A DNA stretch of 64,000 bases from an uncultured Thermodesulfobacteriota bacterium (GCA_964543765.1 CAZIZI010000002.1:11153-75152); one strand, 5' to 3'. Shown: positions 19,655 through 29,574, numbered from the stretch's first letter. Program-made: numbers and translations. The notes: generated from the sequence alone by a model not told the origin.

Positions 19655-21139
19655 GTGAAGATGGAGCCTAAAAGGGAAAGATGGGCGTCGAGGGTGGGGT
19701 TAATCCTTGCGGCTGCGGGTAATGCCATTGGGCTCGGGAATCTGTTGAGGTTTCCTTCTAAAGTGGCCCTTTATGGGGGAGGTGCCTTTATGGTGCCTTA
19801 TGTCTTAAGTTTTTTCATACTTGGCTTACCCCTCATGATATTGGAATGGGTTGTGGGAAGGACCGCCGGGGAGAAGGGGCGAGGGTCCATGAGCGGAATA
19901 TTTGGCGTTTTCTTTAAGGAGTCCCGGATTGCAAAGAGTATCGGAAGTCTTGGGATTACGATTCCATTTTTAATCGCCAGTTATTACCTTTACATAGAAT
20001 CCTGGACATTAGGTTATAGTTTTTTGTCCCTTTTTAAGGCGTTTTACCCAGAAAAGGTATCCATGGAGTATTTCCTTGAGAGTTTTCGAGTCTATGTGAC
20101 TCCCTCCTCTTGGGCCATATTCTTTTTGGTTGTAACCCTCCTCTTAAACTTTTGGGTCCTCCTAAGGGGGATCAGCAAGGGGATAGAACTGGTGGCTAAA
20201 GTGGGGCTACCCATGCTTTTTGGTATGGGGTGTTTTCTTGCGGTTTTTTCCTTGTCCCTTGAAGGATGGAAAGGCTTTGAGGGATTACTTTTTATGTTTA
20301 AACCCGATTTTCCCAAACTAAGAGACTTTCAAGTTTGGATTGAGGCAGCAGGACAGATTTTCTTCACCCTTTCTTTAGGCATGGGGTGTATTGCGGCCTA
20401 TGCGAGTTATGCCAGACCTAAAGAGGACATTGTGAAAGTGGGGCTTTGGACAGCTGCCTTGAATGAGATTGTGGAATTAGGCCTTGGGGGGTGTATTGCT
20501 ATACCGGCGGCCTTTGCCCTGTTTGGGGCCTCTTCTATAGGGGTACTTGCTGCCGAAGGTAGTTTTAGGATTGGATTTGTAAGTATGCCTGCGGTTCTCT
20601 TTTCCCTTCCTTTTGGTTTCATTTTGTCTTTTCTGTGGTTTTTCCTCCTTTTCATCGCTGCCATTACCTCTTCCTTAGCCCTAGCTCAACCTCTTATAGC
20701 CTTTTTTGAGGATGAATTAGGATGGAGGCATCAGAAAGCAGTCCTGGTGACAGTTTCCGGTATGAGTGTGGGTAGTTTTTGTTCGGCTTTTATTCCGGGT
20801 TTTATAGATGAGCTTGATTTTTGGGCCGGTACTTTCTTTTTGGTCCTTTTCGCCCTTTTGGAGGTTTTGTTCTTCGTTTGGATATGGGGACCTGAGAGGT
20901 TTAGACAAGAGTTGATGAAGGATTCTTTCCTTCGTGTTCCAAGGCCTGTTGTTTATATTCTTTTTGGAATCTCAGGGGGGTTTTTGTTGGTGATACTCTA
21001 TCTTTGGTCCTTAAGTAAGATCGGTGAAGTTTTTGCCACAAGTTCTTGGAGCTTATGGGTCGCGAGGATTTTTATATTGGTTTCCCTTTTGGGTTTGATA
21101 TTCCTTAGTTTGAAAACCAAAAGAGGGGATAATAAATGA
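19655..21139 (+). CDS. sodium-dependent transporter, neurotransmitter:sodium symporter (NSS/SNF) family
   Basis: 494 aa. N-terminal RERWASRVGLILAAAGNAIGLGNLLRFP NSS signature. Multiple TM helices. Confidence 0.85.
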   Translation: MKMEPKRERWASRVGLILAAAGNAIGLGNLLRFPSKVALYGGGAFMVPYVLSFFILGLPLMILEWVVGRTAGEKGRGSMSGIFGVFFKESRIAKSIGSLGITIPFLIASYYLYIESWTLGYSFLSLFKAFYPEKVSMEYFLESFRVYVTPSSWAIFFLVVTLLLNFWVLLRGISKGIELVAKVGLPMLFGMGCFLAVFSLSLEGWKGFEGLLFMFKPDFPKLRDFQVWIEAAGQIFFTLSLGMGCIAAYASYARPKEDIVKVGLWTAALNEIVELGLGGCIAIPAAFALFGASSIGVLAAEGSFRIGFVSMPAVLFSLPFGFILSFLWFFLLFIAAITSSLALAQPLIAFFEDELGWRHQKAVLVTVSGMSVGSFCSAFIPGFIDELDFWAGTFFLVLFALLEVLFFVWIWGPERFRQELMKDSFLRVPRPVVYILFGISGGFLLVILYLWSLSKIGEVFATSSWSLWVARIFILVSLLGLIFLSLKTKRGDNK

Positions 21140-22500
21140 AGGTCACCATAATAGGAACTGGTTATGTAGGGTTAACTACGGCTGTCACCCTTGCTTACAT
21201 AGGCCATAAAGTAGTAGGTGTGGAGAAGGACAGGGAAAAGCTCAGGTTGATCCAATCCTTTAAAAGCCCCATTTACGAACCGGGTTTGGAGGAACTGATG
21301 GAACTTTGTAAAGATAACTTAACCTTCACCGATGATCCCGTGCCTTCAGTCAGCGATTCAGAGGTGATAATGATCGCTGTGGGGACGCCGAGTAAACCCA
21401 ATGGTCAGACCGACCTTAGATATGTGGAAACGGCTGCAAGAGAGATCGCCGAAGGCTTACAGGAAGGACGGACATATACGTTGGTGATAAAATCCACGGT
21501 TCCAATTGGTACAAATAGAAGAGTGGCCTACATAGTGGAACAGGTGATTAACGCGAAGAAATCCAAGGATAACATAAGGGTTAATGTGGCTTCTAATCCG
21601 GAATTTTTAAGAGAGGGATCTGCCATAAAGGATATGCTTTATCCCGATAGGATTGTGGTTGGAAGTAGAGAACCCGAGAGCGTGGATATCTTGCGAAGAC
21701 TTTATCGACCCATTTTAGAACAAACTTTTGAACCGCCTCCCTTTTTACCAAGACCCGAAGGTTATGATCTCCCTCCTTTTATAACCACGGACCCGATCAG
21801 CGCGGAGATGATCAAATACGCGGCCAATGCCTTTCTGGCTCTGAAGATAAGTTTCATTAACGAAATAGCTTCCCTTTGCGAGAAGGTAGGAGCTGATGTA
21901 ACCGAAGTGGCCAGAGGCATTGGTCTTGATCCCCGTATTGGCCCCCGATTCTTAGAAGCAGGGCTTGGATGGGGAGGGAGTTGTTTCCCCAAAGATACCG
22001 CAGCTTTAGTGGCCATGGGAAAGGAGCTTTCTTGTCCCATGCGGTTAGTAGAGGCCGCTCGGGAGGTGAATTATCGGCAAAGGGAAAGGGCGGTTGAGAG
22101 GCTTCAAGAGGTCTTAAAAGGGGTTAGAGGAAGGATAATAGGCCTCTTAGGGCTGGCTTTTAAACCCGGTACGGACGACGTTCGGGATTCACCATCTATT
22201 GATATCATTCACATGTTGCTTCAAAGAGAGGCCCATGTGAGGGTAAACGATCCAGTGGCAATGGATAATGCTCGGAAGGTCTTACAAGGACTTGAAGTGG
22301 AGTTTGTGGATGATCCATATGAGATGGCAAAAGGGGCTGATGCACTTCTTCTGGTTACGGCCTGGCCTCAATATCGAAAGTTATCCCTTAGGAGATTGGC
22401 TTCAGTTATGCGAATTCCCATTCTCTTTGACGGCCGAAACTTTTTTGAACCAGAAGAAGCCCGAAAGGCAGGATTTGTTTACCTTGGCATTGGGCGGTAA
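21136..22500 (+). CDS. ugd: UDP-glucose 6-dehydrogenase / nucleotide-sugar dehydrogenase family
   Basis: 454 aa. MKVTIIGTGYVGL N-terminal Rossmann fold, catalytic GGSCFPKD motif. Confidence 0.85.
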   Translation: MKVTIIGTGYVGLTTAVTLAYIGHKVVGVEKDREKLRLIQSFKSPIYEPGLEELMELCKDNLTFTDDPVPSVSDSEVIMIAVGTPSKPNGQTDLRYVETAAREIAEGLQEGRTYTLVIKSTVPIGTNRRVAYIVEQVINAKKSKDNIRVNVASNPEFLREGSAIKDMLYPDRIVVGSREPESVDILRRLYRPILEQTFEPPPFLPRPEGYDLPPFITTDPISAEMIKYAANAFLALKISFINEIASLCEKVGADVTEVARGIGLDPRIGPRFLEAGLGWGGSCFPKDTAALVAMGKELSCPMRLVEAAREVNYRQRERAVERLQEVLKGVRGRIIGLLGLAFKPGTDDVRDSPSIDIIHMLLQREAHVRVNDPVAMDNARKVLQGLEVEFVDDPYEMAKGADALLLVTAWPQYRKLSLRRLASVMRIPILFDGRNFFEPEEARKAGFVYLGIGR

Positions 22501-22501
22501 A

Positions 22502-22538
22502 GGACCCATCGACCGATTTTCGATGGGTCCTTTTTTTC
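22502..22538 (+). terminator. rho-independent terminator after ugd
   Basis: ggacccatcga-ccgattt-tcgatgggtcc followed by ttttttt. Confidence 0.85.
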
Positions 22539-22544
22539 AAAATC

Positions 22545-22748
22545 TTACTTTTCGACCTTTTCCCCTCCATCAGCTGCCGTCAAACCAAGCTCAACTGGAA
22601 GTTCCCCAAAGGCCAAGGCCTTGATTGCGGTGAACCAACCTTCCACCGTTTTAATAAGAGGATAAATCACTACAAGCCCTAAAAAACCTCCAACTAAAAC
22701 TCCCACCATAATTCCCAATGCTATCTTTAATCCTAACATCTCCCTCAC
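22545..22748 (-). CDS. small hydrophobic membrane protein (67 aa), function unknown
   Basis: Strong SD (aaggaggtga) 6 nt upstream of the ATG on the minus strand. One long TM segment. Confidence 0.5.
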   Translation of the reverse strand: MREMLGLKIALGIMVGVLVGGFLGLVVIYPLIKTVEGWFTAIKALAFGELPVELGLTAADGGEKVEK

Positions 22749-22939
22749 CTCCTTTCTCTTATGTCCGCCCTATTAGGCGCAACTGTCGTGCCAAAACTCA
22801 AAAAGGCAATTCTTCCCAAAAGGAACCTCAAAACTTTAACAGACCCTTTCAAAAGCTCTGGTTATCTGTGGAGAAAATTTCTACAATTAAGTATAATTTT
22901 TCGACAGAAAACTCACCTTAAAAGCTTTCTTGGCATAAC

Positions 22940-22968
22940 TTGACATTGGATATTAAGGAAATTAAAAT
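22940..22968 (+). promoter_or_regulatory. sigma-70-type promoter of the tRNA operon (TTGACA-N17-TAAAAT)
   Basis: Consensus -35 and near-consensus -10 with a 17-nt spacer, ending 12 nt upstream of tRNA-Ala +1. Confidence 0.65.
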
Positions 22969-22979
22969 CGAAAAAGAGT

Positions 22980-23055
22980 GGGGCTGTAGCTCAGATGGGA
23001 GAGCGCGTGAATGGCATTCACGAGGTCACGGGTTCGAATCCCGTCAGCTCCACCA
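22980..23055 (+). tRNA. tRNA-Ala (anticodon GGC)
   Basis: 76 nt cloverleaf. Acceptor GGGGCUG/CAGCUCC with G3:U70, anticodon loop AUGGCAU, GGUUCGAAUCC T-arm, encoded CCA. Confidence 0.85.
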
Positions 23056-23068
23056 AGGTTTTAAATGG

Positions 23069-23144
23069 GCGGGCATAGCTCAGGTGGTAGAGCACAAGCT
23101 TCCCAAGCTTGGGGTCGCGGGTTCGAGTCCCGTTGCCCGCTCCA
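23069..23144 (+). tRNA. tRNA-Gly (anticodon CCC)
   Basis: 76 nt. Acceptor GCGGGCA/UGCCCGC, anticodon loop UUCCCAA, GGUUCGAGUCC T-arm, encoded CCA. Confidence 0.85.
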
Positions 23145-23155
23145 AGGAAGGGCAG

Positions 23156-23230
23156 AGGCACGTAGCTCAGGGGGAGAGCGCTACCTTGACGCGGTAGAGG
23201 TCGGCGGTTCAAAGCCGCCCGTGCCTACCA
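23156..23230 (+). tRNA. tRNA-Val (anticodon GAC)
   Basis: 75 nt. Acceptor AGGCACG/CGUGCCU, anticodon loop UUGACGC, GGUUCAAAGCC T-arm, encoded CCA. Confidence 0.7.
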
Positions 23231-23257
23231 TTTTTTAATAGGGGATGGTGTTAAAAA

Positions 23258-23291
23258 GGGGAGGTATAAAGAAGGGAAATACCTCCCCTTT
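23258..23291 (+). terminator. hairpin after the tRNA cluster (10-bp stem ggggaggtat/atacctcccc, 11-nt loop, TTT). Candidate terminator of the tRNA operon.
   Basis: Perfect inverted repeat directly after tRNA-Val, 16 nt upstream of thrS. Confidence 0.45.
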
Positions 23292-23306
23292 AGTATTGAG
23301 TGGTTC

Positions 23307-25049
23307 ATGGGAATGGAGAAGGAAAGGCTTCAAGTATTGAGGCATAGTACGGCTCATGTTATGGCTCAGGCGGTTAAGGAACTTTATCCCGATGTGCGTT
23401 TAGGGATTGGGCCTCCGACGGAGGATGGTTTTTATTATGATTTTGATGGTGATCTCAGTGAAGATGACCTGCCGAAAATCGAAGAGAAGATGAGGGAGAT
23501 TATAAGAGAGGATCTTCCTTTCCGGAGGGAAGAGGTCTCAAAGGAAGAGGCGAAGAGGATTTTTGAAGAGCGGGGTGAGATTTATAAGCTTGAACTTCTG
23601 GAGGAGATTCCAGATGAGCGGGTGAGCCTTTATTGGCAGGGTTCGTTTGTGGATCTTTGTCGAGGGCCTCATGTGGAATCTACCGGTCAGATAAAGGCCT
23701 TCAAACTTTTGAATGTAGCGGGTGCTTATTGGCGCGGTGATGAAAGAAATAAGATGTTGAAACGGATTTATGGTACGGCCTTTTTTACCGAAGAGGAACT
23801 CCAAAAGTATCTTAGCCGACTTGAAGAGGCTAAGAAACGAGATCATAGGAAGTTGGGCAAAGAGCTCGAGCTTTTTTCATTCCATGAAGAAGTAGGGGCT
23901 GGTTTTGTCATTTGGCATCACAAAGGGGTCATTCTAAGATGGATCTTGGAGGAGTTTGAGAAGAGGGAACATTTAAAAAGGGGTTATCAATTCGTCCTCG
24001 GACCTCAACTTTCGAAGCTCGAGCTTTGGAATCAATCTGGTCATTATGAATTTTATAGAGACCATATGTTCTTCACGGAGATAGAAGGGCAAAAATATGC
24101 CTTAAAGCCCATGAATTGTATAGGCCATATCCTGGTTTATAAGACCAGGCATCGAAGTTGGAGGGAATTGCCTTTGAGGTTTTTTGAGCTTGGGCGGGTT
24201 CATAGGTTTGAGCGTTCAGGTGTTTTGCATGGACTTTTGCGGGTAAGGGAGTTTACTCAAGATGATGCCCATATTTTCTGTCGGCCCGATCAGTTAGAAG
24301 AGGAGATAAAGGGGGTTTTGCACTTCGTTCAAGAGACCATGGACCTTTTTGGGTTCTCCTATGAAGCAGAACTAAGTACCAAACCAGAAGAGGCTATAGG
24401 GACGGAGGAATCTTGGGAAAGGGCCACCGAGGCTTTGCGTAACGTATTGGAGAAAGAGGACATTCCCTATGAGATTAACGAAGGCGAGGGGGCTTTTTAT
24501 GGGCCTAAAATAGATATCAAGCTTGAGGATGCCCTTGGGAGAAAGTGGCAGTGTGCTACTATCCAATGTGATTTTTCCTTGCCAGAGCGTTTTGATTTGA
24601 GTTATATAGCTCAAGATGGTTCGAGGCAGAGACCGGTCATGATCCATCGGGTGATCCTCGGAGCATTGGAAAGGTTTATCGGTATTTTGATTGAGCATTA
24701 TGGTGGAGCCTTTCCCTTATGGCTTGCTCCCGAACAGGTAAGGGTAATAAGTTTGACTTCTAGGAACATACCTTATGCAGAGACGGTATTAAATAAATTG
24801 AAGGAAGCGGGGATTAGAGCAGAAGGGGACTTCCGAAATGAGACGCTTGGTTATAAGATACGTCAAGCACGGTTGGAGAAAGTGCCTTATATGTTAATTG
24901 TTGGCGAAAAAGAAGAGAGGGAAGGGCTTATAGCGGTAAGGAGTAGAGAAAAAGGGGAATTAGGCACTTTACGCCTTGAGGCATTTATAGAAGAGATACG
25001 GCCGCAATGTCAGATACCATCTTTAAGAGGAGGAGGTGGTAGAGTATAG
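23307..25049 (+). CDS. thrS: threonine--tRNA ligase (no N-terminal TGS domain)
   Basis: 580 aa. Begins at the editing/second additional domain (HSTAHVMAQAV...GFYYDFD). Class II aaRS core and C-terminal anticodon-binding domain present. Confidence 0.9.
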   Translation: MGMEKERLQVLRHSTAHVMAQAVKELYPDVRLGIGPPTEDGFYYDFDGDLSEDDLPKIEEKMREIIREDLPFRREEVSKEEAKRIFEERGEIYKLELLEEIPDERVSLYWQGSFVDLCRGPHVESTGQIKAFKLLNVAGAYWRGDERNKMLKRIYGTAFFTEEELQKYLSRLEEAKKRDHRKLGKELELFSFHEEVGAGFVIWHHKGVILRWILEEFEKREHLKRGYQFVLGPQLSKLELWNQSGHYEFYRDHMFFTEIEGQKYALKPMNCIGHILVYKTRHRSWRELPLRFFELGRVHRFERSGVLHGLLRVREFTQDDAHIFCRPDQLEEEIKGVLHFVQETMDLFGFSYEAELSTKPEEAIGTEESWERATEALRNVLEKEDIPYEINEGEGAFYGPKIDIKLEDALGRKWQCATIQCDFSLPERFDLSYIAQDGSRQRPVMIHRVILGALERFIGILIEHYGGAFPLWLAPEQVRVISLTSRNIPYAETVLNKLKEAGIRAEGDFRNETLGYKIRQARLEKVPYMLIVGEKEEREGLIAVRSREKGELGTLRLEAFIEEIRPQCQIPSLRGGGGRV

Positions 25050-25600
25050 AAAAGCAATATAGGGTCAATTGGCAGATCAAGGCGAAACTGGTAAGGGTGA
25101 TCAGTCCAGAGGGCAAGCAAATGGGGGTTATGCCTTTAAAAGAGGCGTTGATGAAAGCAGAGGAGTATGGTTTGGATTTAGTGGAGGTGGCGCCCAATGT
25201 GGATCCTCCGGTCTGTCGGATTATGGATTACGGAAAGTTCAAATACATTGAGGCTAAAAAGGCTCAAGAAGCCAAGAAAAAACAACATGCTTCTTCTCAG
25301 ATTAAAGAGATCCAGATGAGGCCTTCTACGGATGAACACGATTTAAATATAAAGCTGAGAAAGATAAAGGAATTTCTCACGGAAGGACATAAGACCAAAG
25401 TCAGAATTATATTCAGAGGCAGAGAGCTTGCGCATAAGGAGATAGGGGAGAATCTGATGCAAAGGGTGCTGGAAGAACTCAAAAGCGTGGGGAAACCCGA
25501 TCATCCTCCGAAATTTGAAGGCCGACAGATAGTGGTGATGATAAGCCCTGTTTCTTCAAAAGGTCATAAGGAGGGAGGAAATGCCCAAAATAAAAACTAA
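25046..25600 (+). CDS. infC: translation initiation factor IF-3, probable AUA start overlapping the thrS stop
   Basis: The conserved IF3 N-terminus (YRVNWQIKAKLVRVISPEGKQMGVM, cf. RINGEIRAQEVRL in E. coli) lies upstream of the first ATG/GTG. The only in-frame start after the TAG is ATA at 25046. Confidence 0.75.
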   Translation: MEKQYRVNWQIKAKLVRVISPEGKQMGVMPLKEALMKAEEYGLDLVEVAPNVDPPVCRIMDYGKFKYIEAKKAQEAKKKQHASSQIKEIQMRPSTDEHDLNIKLRKIKEFLTEGHKTKVRIIFRGRELAHKEIGENLMQRVLEELKSVGKPDHPPKFEGRQIVVMISPVSSKGHKEGGNAQNKN

Positions 25601-25781
25601 CCGTTCGGCTGCCAAAAGGTTCAAAGTGACCGCTTCTGGTAAAATACGCCGCTTTAAAGCAGGGGCAAGTCATTTGATGAGAAAAAAAACCTCTAAGAGA
25701 AGGAGGCACTTAACCAGGCCTACTTTGGTTAAAAAGGCCAACCTCAAAAATGTTAAGAGGTTAATTCCCTATGCCTTTTAA
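25581..25781 (+). CDS. rpmI: 50S ribosomal protein L35
   Basis: MPKIKTNRSAAKRFKVTASGKIRR... typical L35. Confidence 0.9.
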   Translation: MPKIKTNRSAAKRFKVTASGKIRRFKAGASHLMRKKTSKRRRHLTRPTLVKKANLKNVKRLIPYAF

Positions 25782-25799
25782 GGGTAAAGGAGGAGAAAG

Positions 25800-26156
25800 A
25801 TGAGGGTTAAGGGTGGTCCGCGTAGAGCGAGACGGAGAAATAAAATCCTCAAACTGGCTGAAGGTTATTGGGGCAGAAGGAGTAGGGCTTTTAAGATAGC
25901 GAAGTTAACCGTTCAAAAAGCCCTTCAGTATGCTTATAGGGACAGAAAGGCCAAAAAGAGGGAGTTCCGAAGACTTTGGATCGTAAGGATCAATGCCGCA
26001 ACCAGAGCACATGGTTTGAATTATAGTCGCTTTATGGAGGGGTTAAAGAAGGCCCATATTTCCCTTGATCGTAAAACCTTGGCGGATATTGCAGTTAGGG
26101 ATCAAGAGGCCTTTGCCGAACTCGTGAAGATAGCCAAAGCACATGTTAGTGCGTGA
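25800..26156 (+). CDS. rplT: 50S ribosomal protein L20
   Basis: [32 protein letters not shown]... typical L20. Confidence 0.9.
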   Translation: MRVKGGPRRARRRNKILKLAEGYWGRRSRAFKIAKLTVQKALQYAYRDRKAKKREFRRLWIVRINAATRAHGLNYSRFMEGLKKAHISLDRKTLADIAVRDQEAFAELVKIAKAHVSA

Positions 26157-27174
26157 ATTTGAAGAGGAGCTAAAGAGATTAGAGAAAGAAGCCTTTCAGT
26201 GCCTTAAGGAAGTAAAGGACATATCGGCTCTTGAGGAATTAAGAGTTAAGTTCTTAGGCCGGAGAGGGAGGCTCACTTTACTCCTTAGGTCCCTTAAGGA
26301 TATTCCCCTGGAAGAGAGGCCTCGCTTAGGAGATGCCTGTAATAGGACTAAAGCGCTTCTTGAGGAGGAGATCGAGCTTAAGAGGCTTCAACTCAAGGAA
26401 GAGGAGAGAATTAGGGGGCTTTTAAAAGAAAAGATAGACGTAACTCTTCCTGGAAGGCCGATCTTGAGAGGTAGATTGCATATCTTAACGCAGGTGATGG
26501 AAGAGATAATCGACATATTTGTATCAATGGGTTTTCAGGTTTACGAAGGGCCTGAGGTGGAATTGGATTACTACAACTTTGAAGCCCTTAACATCCCTCC
26601 CGATCACCCAGCTCGGGAGATGAACGATACGTTTTATTTTTCTCAAGAGATACTGCTTCGAACTCATACCTCTCCCATGCAGATTCGAGTCATGGAAAAG
26701 CAGAAGCCTCCGGTTCAGATGATTTCGCCCGGACCCGTATATAGAAGGGATGCTGACATCTCTCATAGCCCGATGTTTCATCAGATTGAGGGATTATGGG
26801 TTGATAGAGAGGTATCCTTTGCCCATCTGAAAGGGACTTTAGCTTACTTTGTAAGAGAGTTTTTTGGGGAAAAGACCCAAATGCGTTTCAGACCCAGTTA
26901 TTTTCCCTTTACCGAACCGAGCGCCGAAGTGGACATTACCTGTGTGATCTGCAAAGGCTCAGGCTGTCCTACCTGCAAGAACACCGGCTGGATAGAGATC
27001 TTGGGATGCGGTATGGTGAGACCAGAGGTTTTTCAGGCCGTAAATTATAATTTCCCCGAGTGGAGAGGATATGCCTTTGGGATGGGAGTTGAAAGAATAG
27101 CCATGCTTAGGCATGGGATAAACGACATACGTTTGTTTTTCCAAAATGATCTTAGGTTCCTGGATCAGTTTTAG
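26143..27174 (+). CDS. pheS: phenylalanine--tRNA ligase alpha subunit
   Basis: 343 aa. Class II motifs ([32 protein letters not shown]). Confidence 0.9.
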   Translation: MLVREFEEELKRLEKEAFQCLKEVKDISALEELRVKFLGRRGRLTLLLRSLKDIPLEERPRLGDACNRTKALLEEEIELKRLQLKEEERIRGLLKEKIDVTLPGRPILRGRLHILTQVMEEIIDIFVSMGFQVYEGPEVELDYYNFEALNIPPDHPAREMNDTFYFSQEILLRTHTSPMQIRVMEKQKPPVQMISPGPVYRRDADISHSPMFHQIEGLWVDREVSFAHLKGTLAYFVREFFGEKTQMRFRPSYFPFTEPSAEVDITCVICKGSGCPTCKNTGWIEILGCGMVRPEVFQAVNYNFPEWRGYAFGMGVERIAMLRHGINDIRLFFQNDLRFLDQF

Positions 27175-27185
27175 AACGGGAGAGG

Positions 27186-29564
27186 GTGATGAAGGTGCCT
27201 CTTTCTTGGCTCAGGGAATTCGTGGAGGTAGAAGAGGGTCCCTCTAAACTGGGTGAGATCCTTACCCTTGGGGGCATTGAGGTAGAAGAGGTTCAAGAGG
27301 TCGGTCCTTCTTTCCAGGGCGTAATAATAGGAAAGGTCTTAAGGGTTTGGGATCATCCCAATGCCACAAAGCTTAAACTCTGCGAAGTTATAGATGATAA
27401 ACGTTCCTTTAGGGTGGTTTGTGGGGCTCCTAATCTTCAAGAAGGGCAAAAGGTCGCCTTTGCCCCTCCCGGAGCGCTTTTGTCCAAAATGCAGATTGAA
27501 ACGAGGAGAATAAGGGGTGAGCTTTCAGAGGGCATGATTTGTTCGGAAGCCGAACTGGAGCTCTCGGAGGACTCAAGTGGCATAATGGTCCTTCCTGAAG
27601 ACGCTCCTTTGGGAGCTGATTTGGCTGAATATTTGGGACTGAAGGATTATATATTAGAGGTTTCTCCCACTCCTAATCGAGGAGATTGCCTTAGCATATT
27701 TGGAATAGCGAGGGAAATAGCGGCTTTAAAGGGGGTTCCCCTTAAATTTCCACCCATTGACCTCAAAGAGGAAGATCTGGATGTGAAGGAGTTTATAAGG
27801 GTTGAGATAGAGGCCCCTCATCATTGTCCGCGTTATACTGCCAGGTACTTATTTGATGTGAATGTTGGTCCCTCTCCTTTTTGGATGAGGTTGAGGCTTT
27901 TACGGTGTGGGATGAGGCCGATTAACAATGTAGTGGATATAACCAATTACGTGATGCTTGAGTTCGGACAGCCCCTTCACGCTTTCGATTACGATAAACT
28001 GAGGGGCAAAAAAATTATAGTGAAGCTGGCTAAGGATGGGGACAGTTTTACCACCCTGGATGGCAAACAGAGGGTTTTAGATGCTCAAACACTCATGATA
28101 TGTGATGCGGAAGGACCTGTAGCTATTGGGGGGATAATGGGTGGGTTGGAATCGGAGATAGAGGAAAGGACAAAGAGGGTGCTTTTGGAAAGTGCCTACT
28201 TCTCACCCGAATCAATAAGGAGAAGTGTTCGGGTTTTAGAGCTTAATACGGAGGCTTCTTTCAGGTTTTCAAGGGGGGTCGATCCTGAGCTTTCCCCCGT
28301 TGCTTCCGCGAGGGCGGCGAGTTTAATGATTAAATACGCAGGGGCTAAGTTAGCCAAAGGGATCGTGGACGTTTATCCAAATCCTTCATGCCCTAACAAA
28401 ATTTTGGTGGATTTAAATTGGATAGAAAATTTTTTGGGCATAAAGGTGCGAGAAGAGGAGTTTGTGGATTACCTTAAACGCTTACAGATGGGAGTCGAAA
28501 AAACGCCCGAAGGGAAGTTTTACGTGAGGCCTCCTTCCTTTCGGTTCGATTTAAAACGGGAAGTGGATATAGGCGAAGAGATAGCTCGGCTCAAAGGGTA
28601 CCATAATATACCCGAAACTCTACCTCGCCTCATGCCACTGCCCAAGGAATCAAAAACGAGGGCCTTTGAAAAGAGGTTAAAAGAGATAATTATAGGGTTT
28701 GGTTTTAACGAGATTATTACTTATAGCTTTCTTTCTCCTCGATCACTTCAAGCCTTTGGTTTCTCTGAAGTTTTAAAGCTTTTAAACCCTTTATCCGAAG
28801 AGATGTCCGTCATGAGGCCAAGCCTCATTCCGGGTCTATTGGAAGTAGCTCGGTTTAACGCTAATCGGGGAATAAAGGACCTTCGGATTTTTGAGTTGAG
28901 AAAAGTTTTTCTGCCTCAGGAGGATAAGCTTCCGAAAGAGGAGAAAAGGTTAGGGCTTCTCATTATGGGTGAGTTTTATCCCTCCTGGTGGCAGAAAAAG
29001 GGAGAAAAGGGGGATTTCTATGTCTTGAAAGGATGTTTAGAAAGGATATTCAAAGAATTCGGGGTTCTGGAGAAAATAAGTTTTAAGCCCGTTGAACTTT
29101 CTTATCTTCACCCCTTCCAAGGTGCTAAAGTGGAATTAGAAGGTCTGAGGATCGGTGTATTGGGAAGGCTTAACCCAGATTTGGAAGATCTTTTGGAGTT
29201 AAAAGAAGTTTATTTGGCTGAAATTTCAGTGGAGAGGCTTTTGGAAGAAGCAATTGAGGTGAGAACCTTCAAAGGCCTTCCCAAGTTCCCAGGTACATTT
29301 CGCGATCTGAGTGTTCTAGTAGAAGAAGAGGTTCAGGTTCAGAAGTTATTGGAAGTCCTGAAAGCGAGTGATCTTCCTTATCTTGAAAGGATGGAAATAA
29401 TAGATTGTTATGTTGGTCCTCCTATTCCCGAAGGGAAGAAAAACATAACTGTAAGGCTATTTTTACGAATGTCCGAAAAAACCATAACCGATGAGGAAGC
29501 GGATCTGGCTTTAAACAAGGCTGTTGAAGCGGTGAGAAGAGCCGGATGGTCAATAAGAGAATGA
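27186..29564 (+). CDS. pheT: phenylalanine--tRNA ligase beta subunit
   Basis: 792 aa. tRNA-binding, B3/B4, B5 and FDX-ACB domains, in conserved order after pheS. Confidence 0.9.
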   Translation: MMKVPLSWLREFVEVEEGPSKLGEILTLGGIEVEEVQEVGPSFQGVIIGKVLRVWDHPNATKLKLCEVIDDKRSFRVVCGAPNLQEGQKVAFAPPGALLSKMQIETRRIRGELSEGMICSEAELELSEDSSGIMVLPEDAPLGADLAEYLGLKDYILEVSPTPNRGDCLSIFGIAREIAALKGVPLKFPPIDLKEEDLDVKEFIRVEIEAPHHCPRYTARYLFDVNVGPSPFWMRLRLLRCGMRPINNVVDITNYVMLEFGQPLHAFDYDKLRGKKIIVKLAKDGDSFTTLDGKQRVLDAQTLMICDAEGPVAIGGIMGGLESEIEERTKRVLLESAYFSPESIRRSVRVLELNTEASFRFSRGVDPELSPVASARAASLMIKYAGAKLAKGIVDVYPNPSCPNKILVDLNWIENFLGIKVREEEFVDYLKRLQMGVEKTPEGKFYVRPPSFRFDLKREVDIGEEIARLKGYHNIPETLPRLMPLPKESKTRAFEKRLKEIIIGFGFNEIITYSFLSPRSLQAFGFSEVLKLLNPLSEEMSVMRPSLIPGLLEVARFNANRGIKDLRIFELRKVFLPQEDKLPKEEKRLGLLIMGEFYPSWWQKKGEKGDFYVLKGCLERIFKEFGVLEKISFKPVELSYLHPFQGAKVELEGLRIGVLGRLNPDLEDLLELKEVYLAEISVERLLEEAIEVRTFKGLPKFPGTFRDLSVLVEEEVQVQKLLEVLKASDLPYLERMEIIDCYVGPPIPEGKKNITVRLFLRMSEKTITDEEADLALNKAVEAVRRAGWSIRE

Positions 29565-29574
29565 AGGTTTAAAG

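Noticed and set aside
22268-22943. ORFs 22268-22624, 22718-22921 and 22761-22943 (+)
   Set aside because: The first overlaps the ugd 3' end and its terminator. The latter two overlap or oppose the SD-supported small membrane protein gene and the tRNA promoter region, and have no RBS.
23018-23212. 64-aa minus-strand ORF and 85-aa plus-strand ORF (22940-23197) covering the tRNA genes
   Set aside because: They overlap three canonical tRNA cloverleafs and are translation artefacts of structured RNA sequence.
23231-23306. T-box riboswitch upstream of thrS
   Set aside because: Only 76 nt between tRNA-Val and the thrS start, too short for a T-box (typically >200 nt). The hairpin there is interpreted as the tRNA-operon terminator.
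25069-25251. 60-aa ORF MADQGETGKG... in the thrS-infC junction
   Set aside because: Out-of-frame overlap of the conserved IF3 N-terminus, Gly-rich nonsense translation.
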